From the IMG/VR virus record IMGVR_UViG_3300043446_005369, positions 20,376 to 84,375 of that record: DNA of 64,000 nt; one strand, 5' to 3'. Shown here piece by piece: positions 37,101 to 48,575 of this stretch. Source of the DNA: a virus. The notes beneath the pieces were generated by a model, which was not told where the DNA came from, made no database searches, and saw nothing but the letters and a program-made list of their open reading frames with translations. The translations under genes and the position numbers were made by a program. The number at the start of each line of letters is the position of its first letter. The first letter of the stretch is position 1.

Positions 37101-38497
37101 TAGTAAAAACCGAAAGGATTTGTTTCTGAAAAATCTATAATTTCATTAGCTTCTGTTTGAATTATTTCATTATCACCATATTTATCTTGTTTATCCCATA
37201 AATCAAAAGGTGCTATCGCATACGTTGCGGAAGATATTGATCCAACAATAGTTTCTCCCGGTTGAAATCCAAGTGTATTATTACTAATATTCATATATGA
37301 TACTTTAAGAATCTTTGATGGAGAATCCCATGATTTAACTCTCGCAGTAGTACCAGAAATCGAACCCGTTACAATTTCATTAAATATATAAGTTCCAAAT
37401 CCACTAATAATAGAAGGAGGATCAATAATTATATTTGGTGATTGATTGTATCCGATTCCCGGACTCGAAATTGCAATTGAAACAACTTCTCCATTTCCAT
37501 TGATGTTTGTAACGGCTAAAGCTGTTTGGCCAACACCAGATGGCCCAGAAATGGAGATATTCGGTCTATTAATATATCCGGAACCGGAATTATTTACTAA
37601 AATTTGAACTACACCACTTTGATTTTTTTCTATTTCACATGTTGCTGCTGCGTTTGTCCCTCCACCTCCAGTAATAGTAACGGAGGGGGCTATAGTATAT
37701 CCAATACCAGCATGTGTTAATAAAATATTCTTTATGGATCTTGTAGAGCCATTCAATGAGGACATAACAGCAACTGCGCTTGCGTTAGTTCCTCCGGGTG
37801 GTGCAGGAGTTATGTTTATTTGAGGTGTAGTAGTATATCCAAACCCATCGTTAATTAAATATATATTTTTGACGTAACCAGTACCGATTGTTGCTGTTGC
37901 CGTAGCAGTAGATCCAAGTGATACCAAATTTAAATCTACAATATATCCTTCCTCTTTAATACTATGATCCACATCAGGTATAGTGGTATCAATGATTTCA
38001 TCTTCATATTCAAATAGTTCACATTTTAGTTGATAAACATAAAGTTTACCTAATTGATAAAATGGATTTTCATGTTCAACAAATTTAACTTCGAATAATC
38101 TTTTTCCTAATGGAAAAAAGATTAAGTCTCCTTCTCTGGGTCTATTTGATAATTCTATTTCAGAAGGATTTTTATTATTTAAAAATTGGACTATAAAATT
38201 TTCAAATCTTTCTCTAGATATAACTAAACTTACTTCATCCTTTAAGGATACACCGAATTTCGATAGTATATCTCCTTGACCAGTATATCCATCATAATTT
38301 TCTAGGTATGCTTCAATTGAGAAAGAATCATTAAATTTTGAAGAAGAAACTTCTTTTAAAATTGTTTCTTTTCTTACAAATTTTCTAGGTATGTATATGA
38401 TTTCAACGCCAAACATTCGAATTTGTTCGTTAATTAAATCTTGCAATAACCCTTGTTCACCCAGACTACTATTTAAAAAAAATGAATTAAGTGTCAT
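37100..38497 (-). CDS. gp14: neck protein gp14 with a beta-repeat insertion
   Basis: IIYIPR, RPREGDLIFFP and FYQLGKLYVY motifs. Confidence 0.92.
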   Translation of the reverse strand: MTLNSFFLNSSLGEQGLLQDLINEQIRMFGVEIIYIPRKFVRKETILKEVSSSKFNDSFSIEAYLENYDGYTGQGDILSKFGVSLKDEVSLVISRERFENFIVQFLNNKNPSEIELSNRPREGDLIFFPLGKRLFEVKFVEHENPFYQLGKLYVYQLKCELFEYEDEIIDTTIPDVDHSIKEEGYIVDLNLVSLGSTATATATIGTGYVKNIYLINDGFGYTTTPQINITPAPPGGTNASAVAVMSSLNGSTRSIKNILLTHAGIGYTIAPSVTITGGGGTNAAATCEIEKNQSGVVQILVNNSGSGYINRPNISISGPSGVGQTALAVTNINGNGEVVSIAISSPGIGYNQSPNIIIDPPSIISGFGTYIFNEIVTGSISGTTARVKSWDSPSKILKVSYMNISNNTLGFQPGETIVGSISSATYAIAPFDLWDKQDKYGDNEIIQTEANEIIDFSETNPFGFY

Positions 38498-39339
38498 TAT
38501 CCAATAAAATCGTAAGGTGGTAATTCGTATTCTTGGGTCATTCTAGATTTAATATCCTCTAGTTCCTTTACCCCTTCGTCATATAGCTCTCTGGCATTAA
38601 ATTCCAATCCACCGGGGAGTTTGACACCTCTATATTTAATTAAATTCCAGCCCCACTGCTTTTTCATTAAAGCAGTAAGGTATTTTTTTAAGAAACTATC
38701 ATTATATACTTTAGTAAAATTATTTGGATCTAAAATTCTATAACAATCAATAATAATAAAAGTATCTTTAGATTTTGCTCCCCAATCTATATCTAAATAA
38801 AGCCTATTTTGTCTTTTATTGAATCTAATTTGTTTATCTGGAGATAATAGAAAATCAATATCTTCTAGATAACTTTTTACCATTGCATATTGTAATAATT
38901 CAACTGAATTAAAATAATATAAATCATTTAAAAATAATTGATATTTAATGCTCCACATTCCACCAGAAATAGAGCTAGTATCAAATTTAAAAACTTTTTC
39001 TATACCAATTACGGTGTCTGGAACTTGTATAAAATTAGAGTTTTCATAAAAATTATAATTAATATTACCAATACCAGGAACTTCAGCGGACGCAGTAGTG
39101 GTTACAATTCCAATTCCATCAGTATTTTTTGCTTTACCTCTATCTATATCTTCTTGCGTAATTTTATATTTTAAGAACATTCGTTCGACACCATCGAAAT
39201 GTCTTTCATAAAAATATTGAAGAGCATCATCCACTAGATCATCGATCTGTTCTTCATCTAAATTAATTTCTAGAACTGGTGCCCCCAATTTTCGGAGGCA
39301 ATAATCTATTAGCTCTTGTCTACTTGTAGGTTTTGACAT
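38497..39339 (-). CDS. gp13: neck protein gp13
   Basis: YCLRKLGAPVLEIN, HFDG and QWGWNLIKY..LPGG motifs. Confidence 0.94.
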   Translation of the reverse strand: MSKPTSRQELIDYCLRKLGAPVLEINLDEEQIDDLVDDALQYFYERHFDGVERMFLKYKITQEDIDRGKAKNTDGIGIVTTTASAEVPGIGNINYNFYENSNFIQVPDTVIGIEKVFKFDTSSISGGMWSIKYQLFLNDLYYFNSVELLQYAMVKSYLEDIDFLLSPDKQIRFNKRQNRLYLDIDWGAKSKDTFIIIDCYRILDPNNFTKVYNDSFLKKYLTALMKKQWGWNLIKYRGVKLPGGLEFNARELYDEGVKELEDIKSRMTQEYELPPYDFIG

Positions 39340-39365
39340 TCAAGTATTTAATTAGTTATTTGTAT

Positions 39366-39539
39366 TTAGGAATTAATATGAATAGCTGCTAAAGTTTCCT
39401 GTTGTGCAAGATATAATCTACAAAATAATTTTGCATATTTTTGAGAATCACTCAAAGATAAACTATCAATTGTTCTGGCAACTTTTTCATATTCAAATAA
39501 TTTATTAATTGACTTAAGTTCAATATCATTTGGATCCAT
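39366..39539 (-). CDS. 57-aa NblA-like (phycobilisome degradation adaptor) candidate
   Basis: Manual translation: MDPNDIELKSINKLFEYEKVARTIDSLSLSDSQKYAKLFCRLYLAQQETLAAIHINS*. The two-helix pattern resembles NblA; GGAG RBS upstream. The ORF is solid, the function is inferred. Confidence 0.55.
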   Translation of the reverse strand: MDPNDIELKSINKLFEYEKVARTIDSLSLSDSQKYAKLFCRLYLAQQETLAAIHINS

Positions 39540-39726
39540 TTAGTAACTCCTTTAATAAACATTTAATTTCATGAATATCCTTTTTCATATCTTCAATTTC
39601 TTTCTTTTGATTTTTTCTATTTTCTAAAGAATTTATATATTGATTATATGAGATATTATCAGTGTTAATTATCGCTCCAGAATATTCATCCCGAAACAGA
39701 TTTGGGTGCCCTTTTACTGGTATCAT
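39526..39726 (-). CDS. conserved T4-like small coiled-coil protein
   Basis: VKGHPNLFRD..SGAIIN motif followed by a coiled coil. Confidence 0.75.
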   Translation of the reverse strand: MIPVKGHPNLFRDEYSGAIINTDNISYNQYINSLENRKNQKKEIEDMKKDIHEIKCLLKELLNGSK

Positions 39727-42700
39727 TATCGAATAGCAATTGTTCTAAGATCTTTAATTTTTGGAGGATATGCTTGATTTGTCGAGGACATCACAATTTT
39801 AATTATATATCCACTAAATTGGGAAAGATTATTTGCAGTAAATTCGTATTCTAAGTATTCATTTTCTCTACTTGGTCGAACATACATGTCTGGTAATCCA
39901 CTATTATTTCCTCCAGCTAGTTTATCATAACCAGGGAATAATTCAAATGAAGTAGCAATTTCACTAGAATCTGGAGTAATCAAACTATACAAAACTCTAA
40001 AATCTGAATCTGCATGGCGATATGCAGACATTATAACCTTTAGTGATGTTGCATTTTGCGCTAAAATGACTGTGTTAGAAACATATATCGCAGAATGAGG
40101 ATCACTAATTAGAGAATTTACTCTATTATCTTTAATATAATTAAAAATTGGTGAATTAATTCTATAACTATGAAAATCCGTAAAACAATTATCTAAGAAA
40201 ATTTGAGGAGAAAGATTTTTATCACTTGTAGAAAGTGTTAATGCAGTTGTAAATGATTTATTTCTTGGCAAATCATTTAAGTATTGATCTTCATTAACTT
40301 TTGAACAAATGAGTCTAGTAGATGATAATTTGTTAGGGGTATTAATCTGAATTTCCTCATATCCAAGATCCACAAAAGAGCTTTCGTCCCCACTCACACT
40401 AGTTCCACTGACTGTTCTGATTTTACCAGAGATTGAAGTATCCGCTGATGGCATTGATACATTATACAGAGGAATGATAGTATCGAACTGAATATTCTCT
40501 GAGGCAAAAACTTGAGAACCACCAAATGATCCTTCAGAATCAAATGAAAGTTGAGGAGTATTGCTCAAAGACCCATCGGAAGATCTATTTGTGCCATTAC
40601 TATTTCTTAAAAATTTAATATAATATTCATCCATATCGATACTAGAATCAAAAATATCATGAGTTTTATTGATTCTTCTTAATGACACTCCATTTAATTG
40701 ATAACTATAAACAAATGCGTTTATATCATGCGTAATTATTTTTGTTGAATCTTGCCCTCTTGTTATTGTTCCAAGTGAATTATTCCCAACACTTTCATAT
40801 CTAATAATTTCATTTTCAATTAAAACATATCCAGGATTTGTATTACTTACTGGGATACCTTCAAAGGATGCGAATTGGGCAGTGCTCGCAACAGATATAA
40901 TAACCGAAGAATTAGTTAAACTTTGTGTGAGTGTAGTAGGAGATGAATTTGGAGTAATGCCAGATAATTTTATTTTGTTATTAGGTGCATACATTCCATG
41001 ATTAAAATGATTAACTTTAAAATAATCTCCACTTGAATAATCCCCACTCAATGAGGAACTATAAATGTATGTAGTATCGAGTGTTATTGCAGCATTTGAG
41101 TTATTATAATATACCAACTTTGCAGTACCATCATTTGTAAATGATTGTCCTTTTACATTACTTAGATAAAGAGTATCAATTCCATTATTATTTCCAGTGA
41201 TTGTGATTAAGGCTCCCGCACCACTATTAGACGAAATAGATGAGGTAACTATACCAACAATATCTCCCACCGAATATCCTTTTCCAGGATTTACGATAGA
41301 AACCGCAGTTACAATCCCTGCAGTTGCTTCTATATTTAAAATTAATCCAGATCCATTCCCACTGATATTATAGGTTAAAACGCCAGTATTATCGGTAACA
41401 TAATTCTTACCACCAGTAGTTATTCCGACTGATGAAACTGAACACCCAGTACCGACAATATGACCAGTAACATAAGTTTTAGTTGTTTCACTTATTTTTC
41501 TTCCGGGTGTCAGAACATCAATAATATTACTGTCCGTTGTGGTAGTGATACCTATTGTTAGTTTTCTTGGAAGTGTAGTAATTGGATTACCTAGAAGATT
41601 TTTAACATATCCATTACTTTCATTTAATGTTGGATTATAAAAATAAGCAGTTCCTGGCGTATTAGTTACAAATTCTGCCTTATATAATATAAATTTCATA
41701 TCTTGATATTGATTTGCAGTCCAAATCGATCCATTTTGAGATTTGAATAGACTACCTAGAGCAAATTGTTGAGTGTAAGATACGCTTTGAGAATCTGGAA
41801 GATTTCTAGATTGTATAGTCTTTTCTCCCATTTCTGCGATAAACACTTCATATTCATTGCTTTCCGGGGCTAGAAGTACAATACAATATTCGAGAGCGGG
41901 TTCTAAAAAGATTGGATAATCAAAAGTAACTGTTGTTGCTATTGATCCATCATCAGATATATTGATTTGATCTGGCTTTAATGTTACTGAATTACCTAAA
42001 ATTGTTCTTGTGGGAGTTCCCAATTCGACTGTTCTAAGTTCTACTGTCAATGGGCTATTATTCGAATCCTTTTTATAGAAAAATAGATCAACTGAAGTGA
42101 TAAATACGCCATTTTCATCATCATTTACAGTGTTACTTCCACCCACACTAAAAGATTGTGCAAGTGGATCAAAATATGTTGCAGTTGTTCTTGTTAATGT
42201 AGTAGTTGTAGTTTTAGTAGTTGTAACTGTAGATTGATTGGTAATCACTGTTTCATAAAGTTCTAATACTCCTTCTGAGGTATAATTAGTTTCCGCTGAA
42301 GAAATAGTAGTACTACCAGGAGCCGCTGTTTGATTTGTGGAACTAGAAGATACTTTATATGTTTTATTACCAGTATTAATTCTAACTGAAGGTGGAGGAT
42401 TGGTATTTGGATCACGAATAAAAAATGATCCAATCAAATCGCCATAATTATCAGATATAAGTTTTAGATCCTTAACATAAGCTATTGCCCCACTAGTCTC
42501 ACCAATTAAACGAGTCCCTTTTACCAAATATCCAGAATATAAGCCCTGAGCTTCCTCCGAAAGAGAATACGTATCAATATTTAAAACTTTAGAAGATTGA
42601 TTATAAAAATTAGATAAAGATTCAGTTTTAATATAAGGATTAATATTAAAGATTTCACTTGGGGCATTATATGGACCATACTTATGATTCGGGGCTGCTA

Positions 42701-45700
42701 ATCTAAAAGTAATTATTGGAACGTATAGACCTGATCCGGAATTTATCCAACCTGTTACAGTTTCTCCAGTAATGAATGAACCAGAAGAACCATAGTTTTC
42801 CAAAGAAGAATCAACAGCAATTTCTAATAATTTTGGAATAAAATCAACTGAACCATTTCCATCTAGGAAATGATAATACTGTGTTAGTGGTTTTAAATTA
42901 ACAATAGAGAATTCAGTATTTCTAGATCTCATATATTCTTCAGATCTAGATTCAATTAAATTGGTTGTACTAGAAGAACTTGTTATTGTATTTGTGCTTG
43001 TTGTGACATTTTGGGATGCACTTATACCTAAATCTGCAGTCGTACCTCTTCTATTTGGATCTGCGATACTAATGGATCTATTTTCTAAAAGAACTCGATC
43101 AGTTTCCAATAAAACATAATCAGTTACTGAAATTGTTTTATTTGGCAATTGAACAGTTCTTACCCAATTATCTCTACTTGGAGACAATTTAATATTTCCT
43201 CTATAGGATACTATATTAAATGGATTTACATTTTCAACTCTAGTTGCAAAAGGTTGTTCGATCCATTTTTTGGAGATATACTTTAATGTAACTGTTTTTC
43301 CTGTCTTTTGGACATTAGAATCAATTAAGTCATAATTTGTAGATAAATCTATTTCTTCATCTATAATATTTGCAGCTGGAGCCAAATAATTTTTTAAGCT
43401 ATTCCTAGAAACAATTGGAGTTAATTCTTGATTATTTTTATCTATTTCAATAAAAGACACATTCGAATTTAATCTAGAAGTATCTTTAAAATCGTCAACA
43501 AAAAATCCAGTTTTAAATCTATCGAATCCCTCAGCATCTTGTATCTGAAGAGTTTGGGTACTTAGTTCTAATAGTGACAAGGAAGTAACTCTTTCTAGAT
43601 TCTTTACTCTATTTTCGATTGATCCAATATCTCTCATAGTGTATCTTCTATTATCAACATAAGATAATAATGCATTATTTGGGCTGTAGAGATAAGGAGG
43701 TAACGTAATGGTGGCAATTTCCATTAAGTCATCGGATCTTTTTTTGGATTTAGGATCAACGGAAGAGGAACCTAAATCATATATAAAATTCCCATTTTTA
43801 TCGAGATAAATTTTATCTTGTCTACCAAGATAATAATCATATCCAATAATCGTATTCTCATTAGGAAGAAGATTAAACTTGATAGACGATAAGGAATTTC
43901 TTGATGTAAAATAGAAAGGAGATCTATTAAATGTAGTTAATACTGGTACTCTAGGTCTAAAATCTAAAATATCAGATGATTTAATGTTATTAATTCCAAT
44001 TGAAGGTAAATTAGAATATTCTTCTTGATCGTAACTTAATACAGTATAAACATCTCCATTATCACTGGAAGGTACTTTATAGTAATCAAAAACGACTAAT
44101 AGTCTTTTAGTTGGCTCTTTTTCTCTTGTATTTCTAATCAATCTCGAATAATCATAATATTGTTCTCGTTGACCAGAATCCAATTTATAACGATTTGTAA
44201 TATCATTATAACTTCCTAAAGATATAGTAGTAATATTATCCTCGATATTAGAAATTTTAAATGTAACTAATTCTCCTTCAATAAATCTATTGGAGTTTAA
44301 GTAAACAACACGTACACTATCAACATCTTTAGAGACTACTCTACCTAAACATCCACTGACTGATCCTAATATGTCCTCTCCAACTACTGCATTTGTTTGA
44401 ATATTTGAAAATGCACTAAAAAATAGAGTGTCTAATGTTGGAGTAGATGAATTCCAAGATTCGTAAATTGCAAGAATTTTTGATACATCTGGATAATTTA
44501 GGCATATTTCTTCATCTTGAACACGTAATCCATAATAGGAATTATACGTCAATCCATCATTCAAGGAAGATCCAGCAATAGAACCGGATTGTGGATTTTT
44601 CGAATAATTTATATTTACTGTAGCACTTTTAACTAGTCTCTTTTTCTTACTTTGTACATCAGTTTTTACAAAAGATGCATTAATAAGTGCCGTTGATTTT
44701 CCAGGAGTAAGATTAGAAAATGTAACTTGATTATTGGATAAAGAAAATTTATCAGCTGTTAAGGTTTCGATAGTACCATCTGTATAATGAATTGAATATC
44801 TTTCTTGATCAAATGGTAAAAATTGCGGAGTTCCTAAACTAGGCGGAAACACAAAATCTGCAACTGAAAGTGTGATTGGAGAATCAGATGATTTTTCGGA
44901 AGTAGATTGATAAACAAATGATAAAGATGAATTTTTTAAATTTACTGAAGATATATTAGCATTAGGTATTTCTGCATACAGCGATCCCTTACTTTGATTC
45001 TTAATATTGGGAACTCCCAATACAAAAGGAATATTAGAAATTGCAGTTATAGTGCCGTTGCAAACTCCAGAAACATTAGGAACTGCTTCAACAACCATAG
45101 ATGTTGCAGTCTCATTAATACTCACAACTCTATTATATTTCTCATCAGAACTAGTTGATGATTGGTATCTAATGATACTTCCAATTTTAATATTATTGAA
45201 AAATTTACCTGGACAAGTAACTACTCCACCAGAATCAATACTAATCGTATCAGTAGGACCAAATCCATTTGGAATTTGGCGATCTAATACAGTATCTGCA
45301 AGAAATGGAGTGGCAAATTCAGAAATACCAATTGGTTGATATATTTGTTTAATGTCATCCACATCATATACATCTATCTTTGAAATGGATCTAGATTTAT
45401 TTTTAATTCCATTTATGATAAGTTGTTCTCCAACAATAAATGACCCAGAGGTTTGCCCTACAAAAACTACATTAGTACCATCGCCATTAGACACAACATA
45501 CCCAACAGCTCCACTACTATCTCCTTTAATATATGAAGTTGCGGGTAATTCTGTTGCAGATACGGGTTGATTTAGAGTAAGTTTTGTATTCGTTTGAATA
45601 TCATACAAATAAAGATCCCAATTAGTTGTGGATCCATTATATGGCTCGTCAGTCAAACTCAAACTATAAACTCTCGCATTTCCAATTCTGGTGTCTACAG

Positions 45701-46982
45701 ACGGATTACCAGAAGAACTTCTTCGTACAGAATGTAGAAACACTCTGCTATTATTTTTTAAAGCACCTGAGATATTATTGATTCGAATTAAGTTACCCAT
45801 TTCAAATGGAATACTTGCATCTTCAACTGCCTTTGTTTCTCTGGGTTTTTGTATATCGAGAATTGTGGTAAAGTTTTTATCAATATCATATCCCTTTACA
45901 TATGCCTTTCCTGGGGATATTTTTACACACATCAAATCGTCAGATGGGGTATTATTTAAATCTGTTTTTTGATTTTCAAAATACAACCCATCATTACCCA
46001 TTCTATTATTCAGAGAATTATGTAAAGATACCTTAAAGGCATTAACTGAATAATTTCCAGACTCATCGTAGGTTCTTTGAGCTAGATAATCACGAATTAA
46101 AGAATAATCCGTTTTTACATTTAATTTTTTAATCTGCCCATCTTCTACTCGCAACAATTCAATAAAATCTACATCAGTATCTTTACTATCTAAAGATTTT
46201 TTGGTTAATGATAGATTTATTTTAAATCTGTCCGCTCCAGGAGCCGCATAATTATTAAATCCCTTTGCATTATCATATAAAGTTTCGTCATCTTTTGCTG
46301 TGATGATTTCTTCAGAAACTTTTAAACCAACTCGATATGATGGAGTATTTGTATAATAATCTAAAATTATGGTATCCTTAAACACTCTAGCAAATACACC
46401 TCGAATGAAATAAATTCCATCATCGATAGATGCGGAAGAACCAGTGCTAGTAGAATTTGAAGTTATTGTTTTTACAAATGGTGTTCCTGAAGGTATAGTG
46501 GTATTTCCGTAATTTATATCTCTATTTGAAATTAATGATTCCCCGTCTTGAAATTGTGATATTTTAAAGGAATTATCAGAATCGATATACTTTACATATA
46601 GAGTGATATATTCTAAATCATTTTCTAAATCTGGGTAAACAATTTTTTTTATAGTTGCTGAAACTCCAGATACTTGCCCTGTAATTTTTTTACCAATATA
46701 CTGATCTAGGTATTGCGCTACATCTATACCAAAATTGATATTGTTAACTTTTACTGCAAAATATTGCGAATCAAATGTAATATTTCCTGGAATTACAACC
46801 GATCCTTCTTTGAAGATATGACTACCGAAAGATTCGATTTGATTCTGTAATATGGATTGTAAATTATTCAGTTCTCTAGTTTGTACAGGAATTCCTGGCT
46901 GAAATAGAACTTTATAATAATTTTTTTTAGAATCAAAGTCGTCAAAATATGGACTTACATTAAGATTTGTTTTTTGTGCCAT
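39726..46982 (-). CDS. large baseplate-associated structural protein (VrlC/DUF4815-like)
   Basis: PYFDDFD..YKVLF.PG..VQTRELN, APGADR, RTYDESGNY, DPLAQSF and GSLFKSQN motifs. Confidence 0.85.
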   Translation of the reverse strand: MAQKTNLNVSPYFDDFDSKKNYYKVLFQPGIPVQTRELNNLQSILQNQIESFGSHIFKEGSVVIPGNITFDSQYFAVKVNNINFGIDVAQYLDQYIGKKITGQVSGVSATIKKIVYPDLENDLEYITLYVKYIDSDNSFKISQFQDGESLISNRDINYGNTTIPSGTPFVKTITSNSTSTGSSASIDDGIYFIRGVFARVFKDTIILDYYTNTPSYRVGLKVSEEIITAKDDETLYDNAKGFNNYAAPGADRFKINLSLTKKSLDSKDTDVDFIELLRVEDGQIKKLNVKTDYSLIRDYLAQRTYDESGNYSVNAFKVSLHNSLNNRMGNDGLYFENQKTDLNNTPSDDLMCVKISPGKAYVKGYDIDKNFTTILDIQKPRETKAVEDASIPFEMGNLIRINNISGALKNNSRVFLHSVRRSSSGNPSVDTRIGNARVYSLSLTDEPYNGSTTNWDLYLYDIQTNTKLTLNQPVSATELPATSYIKGDSSGAVGYVVSNGDGTNVVFVGQTSGSFIVGEQLIINGIKNKSRSISKIDVYDVDDIKQIYQPIGISEFATPFLADTVLDRQIPNGFGPTDTISIDSGGVVTCPGKFFNNIKIGSIIRYQSSTSSDEKYNRVVSINETATSMVVEAVPNVSGVCNGTITAISNIPFVLGVPNIKNQSKGSLYAEIPNANISSVNLKNSSLSFVYQSTSEKSSDSPITLSVADFVFPPSLGTPQFLPFDQERYSIHYTDGTIETLTADKFSLSNNQVTFSNLTPGKSTALINASFVKTDVQSKKKRLVKSATVNINYSKNPQSGSIAGSSLNDGLTYNSYYGLRVQDEEICLNYPDVSKILAIYESWNSSTPTLDTLFFSAFSNIQTNAVVGEDILGSVSGCLGRVVSKDVDSVRVVYLNSNRFIEGELVTFKISNIEDNITTISLGSYNDITNRYKLDSGQREQYYDYSRLIRNTREKEPTKRLLVVFDYYKVPSSDNGDVYTVLSYDQEEYSNLPSIGINNIKSSDILDFRPRVPVLTTFNRSPFYFTSRNSLSSIKFNLLPNENTIIGYDYYLGRQDKIYLDKNGNFIYDLGSSSVDPKSKKRSDDLMEIATITLPPYLYSPNNALLSYVDNRRYTMRDIGSIENRVKNLERVTSLSLLELSTQTLQIQDAEGFDRFKTGFFVDDFKDTSRLNSNVSFIEIDKNNQELTPIVSRNSLKNYLAPAANIIDEEIDLSTNYDLIDSNVQKTGKTVTLKYISKKWIEQPFATRVENVNPFNIVSYRGNIKLSPSRDNWVRTVQLPNKTISVTDYVLLETDRVLLENRSISIADPNRRGTTADLGISASQNVTTSTNTITSSSSTTNLIESRSEEYMRSRNTEFSIVNLKPLTQYYHFLDGNGSVDFIPKLLEIAVDSSLENYGSSGSFITGETVTGWINSGSGLYVPIITFRLAAPNHKYGPYNAPSEIFNINPYIKTESLSNFYNQSSKVLNIDTYSLSEEAQGLYSGYLVKGTRLIGETSGAIAYVKDLKLISDNYGDLIGSFFIRDPNTNPPPSVRINTGNKTYKVSSSSTNQTAAPGSTTISSAETNYTSEGVLELYETVITNQSTVTTTKTTTTTLTRTTATYFDPLAQSFSVGGSNTVNDDENGVFITSVDLFFYKKDSNNSPLTVELRTVELGTPTRTILGNSVTLKPDQINISDDGSIATTVTFDYPIFLEPALEYCIVLLAPESNEYEVFIAEMGEKTIQSRNLPDSQSVSYTQQFALGSLFKSQNGSIWTANQYQDMKFILYKAEFVTNTPGTAYFYNPTLNESNGYVKNLLGNPITTLPRKLTIGITTTTDSNIIDVLTPGRKISETTKTYVTGHIVGTGCSVSSVGITTGGKNYVTDNTGVLTYNISGNGSGLILNIEATAGIVTAVSIVNPGKGYSVGDIVGIVTSSISSNSGAGALITITGNNNGIDTLYLSNVKGQSFTNDGTAKLVYYNNSNAAITLDTTYIYSSSLSGDYSSGDYFKVNHFNHGMYAPNNKIKLSGITPNSSPTTLTQSLTNSSVIISVASTAQFASFEGIPVSNTNPGYVLIENEIIRYESVGNNSLGTITRGQDSTKIITHDINAFVYSYQLNGVSLRRINKTHDIFDSSIDMDEYYIKFLRNSNGTNRSSDGSLSNTPQLSFDSEGSFGGSQVFASENIQFDTIIPLYNVSMPSADTSISGKIRTVSGTSVSGDESSFVDLGYEEIQINTPNKLSSTRLICSKVNEDQYLNDLPRNKSFTTALTLSTSDKNLSPQIFLDNCFTDFHSYRINSPIFNYIKDNRVNSLISDPHSAIYVSNTVILAQNATSLKVIMSAYRHADSDFRVLYSLITPDSSEIATSFELFPGYDKLAGGNNSGLPDMYVRPSRENEYLEYEFTANNLSQFSGYIIKIVMSSTNQAYPPKIKDLRTIAIR

Positions 46983-46985
46983 TTT

Positions 46986-48539
46986 TTAAAATTCCAGGAT
47001 GATTTTAACGTCCTCTTTTTGCCTGATGTTTCGAGTTACTAGTGGTCTATTATCTATGTAAATGATTTCACCCGACTTATTATTTATCTGAGGATTTGCT
47101 ATGCCATTATTGAAAACAACTCCTAGATTAATAATCTCATTATTAATAGAGGTTGTAATTCCGCTAAAATTTGATATTTGACCAGAAAAAGAACTTTCTT
47201 TTCCTATAACTTCGCCACCAGAATTTGAGAAATTTATACTTGAATTTGCAAATGTAGAAACTCCAACATAATCTGTTTGGTCATTTGTTGGTCCAAAATA
47301 TAAAGATCTATCTCTAAAATATTTTAAAATTTTAGTTTTACTGTCATAAGATGCAACATATCCAATTGCAACATCTCCATTGTTATAAACTTGAGTTATT
47401 TTTTCCCCAATTTTCGGCAATTCACTGTTGACACTATCGAAATTGATTGCATAAAGGCTCGAAAAATTATCCTCATAAAAAATATCATCAGAAGTAAATT
47501 TTTCCGGATCCTTTAATATTCCAACTTGACAAAATTTAGTGTCTATAGGAAAATTTCTAGTGCTAGAATCAAATCTAGCATAAATCATAACTCTATCTGC
47601 TCCTAATTCTTTATATAAATCATAACCATGACCATATGATGGTGGTATGATAGGAATCAGTTTGGCAGGAAATTGAATATTATCGTTTCTTGGTTGTAGT
47701 GATCCTAAATCTACAATTCCATAAGTATATCCAGATCCACCAGAAGTCACGGATACATTAATAATTTCACCACTACTATTTGCTTCAATAAAAGCTACTG
47801 CACCTGAGCCATCACCCAAAATAGGAACAGTGCCAGAATTATAACCTCTACCCGAATTTTCAATATAAACAGTTTTAATTTGATTAGTTCTACCTTCTTC
47901 TCTTACGTCTGTTATTTGTGGATCAGTAGAATCTAACCAATCATTAGGTAAGGTTATATATTCAGTAGAATCAAATTTAATAATGTCATTTGGAGAAACG
48001 GTGAAAAGATATTTCCAAAGATAATTATCCTCAACTGTTTTTACGATACCTGTAGTTGTTGGCTCTTCTTGAGATTGATTTCCTGTAGGATTAGATCCAC
48101 TTGACCCATTATTTAAGCAAATATAAACTTTATATTCACTATTCATTATATAATAATTACTATCATATAATCTAGATTTTTTGGATATTGGAGATAAATT
48201 ATTTACGTCATAATCATGACGATACATATCATACTTAGTTCCTCTAATCCAATCAATTCTTCTAATTACTCTTCTTACGTTATTTGAAGAGGTAATTCTT
48301 TTTCCAAATAAAATTGTATCTTTATATTGGGTTATATAATTTGTATTGTCAATCGGATTGGGAATGATTCCGCCAGAAATTTCCGGACGATCCCATTGAG
48401 TAGTTCTACCAATACCATTATTTACTTCAGGATTGGGTAATCCCATCCACACATAATATGAACTCGGTCCGTTTTCTATGGAATTTATAAAATTATTTGC
48501 GTTTAAAATTCTAAATTGATCTGTTACTAGTGCAGACAT
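46986..48539 (-). CDS. gp8: baseplate wedge subunit gp8
   Basis: RRIDW..G..YDMY, VYICLNN, WKYLFT and GEIIYIDNR motifs; TATAAATA at 48566-48559. Confidence 0.9.
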   Translation of the reverse strand: MSALVTDQFRILNANNFINSIENGPSSYYVWMGLPNPEVNNGIGRTTQWDRPEISGGIIPNPIDNTNYITQYKDTILFGKRITSSNNVRRVIRRIDWIRGTKYDMYRHDYDVNNLSPISKKSRLYDSNYYIMNSEYKVYICLNNGSSGSNPTGNQSQEEPTTTGIVKTVEDNYLWKYLFTVSPNDIIKFDSTEYITLPNDWLDSTDPQITDVREEGRTNQIKTVYIENSGRGYNSGTVPILGDGSGAVAFIEANSSGEIINVSVTSGGSGYTYGIVDLGSLQPRNDNIQFPAKLIPIIPPSYGHGYDLYKELGADRVMIYARFDSSTRNFPIDTKFCQVGILKDPEKFTSDDIFYEDNFSSLYAINFDSVNSELPKIGEKITQVYNNGDVAIGYVASYDSKTKILKYFRDRSLYFGPTNDQTDYVGVSTFANSSINFSNSGGEVIGKESSFSGQISNFSGITTSINNEIINLGVVFNNGIANPQINNKSGEIIYIDNRPLVTRNIRQKEDVKIILEF

Positions 48540-48575
48540 TTATATAACATTTTTTTTCTATTTATATTCAAAATT

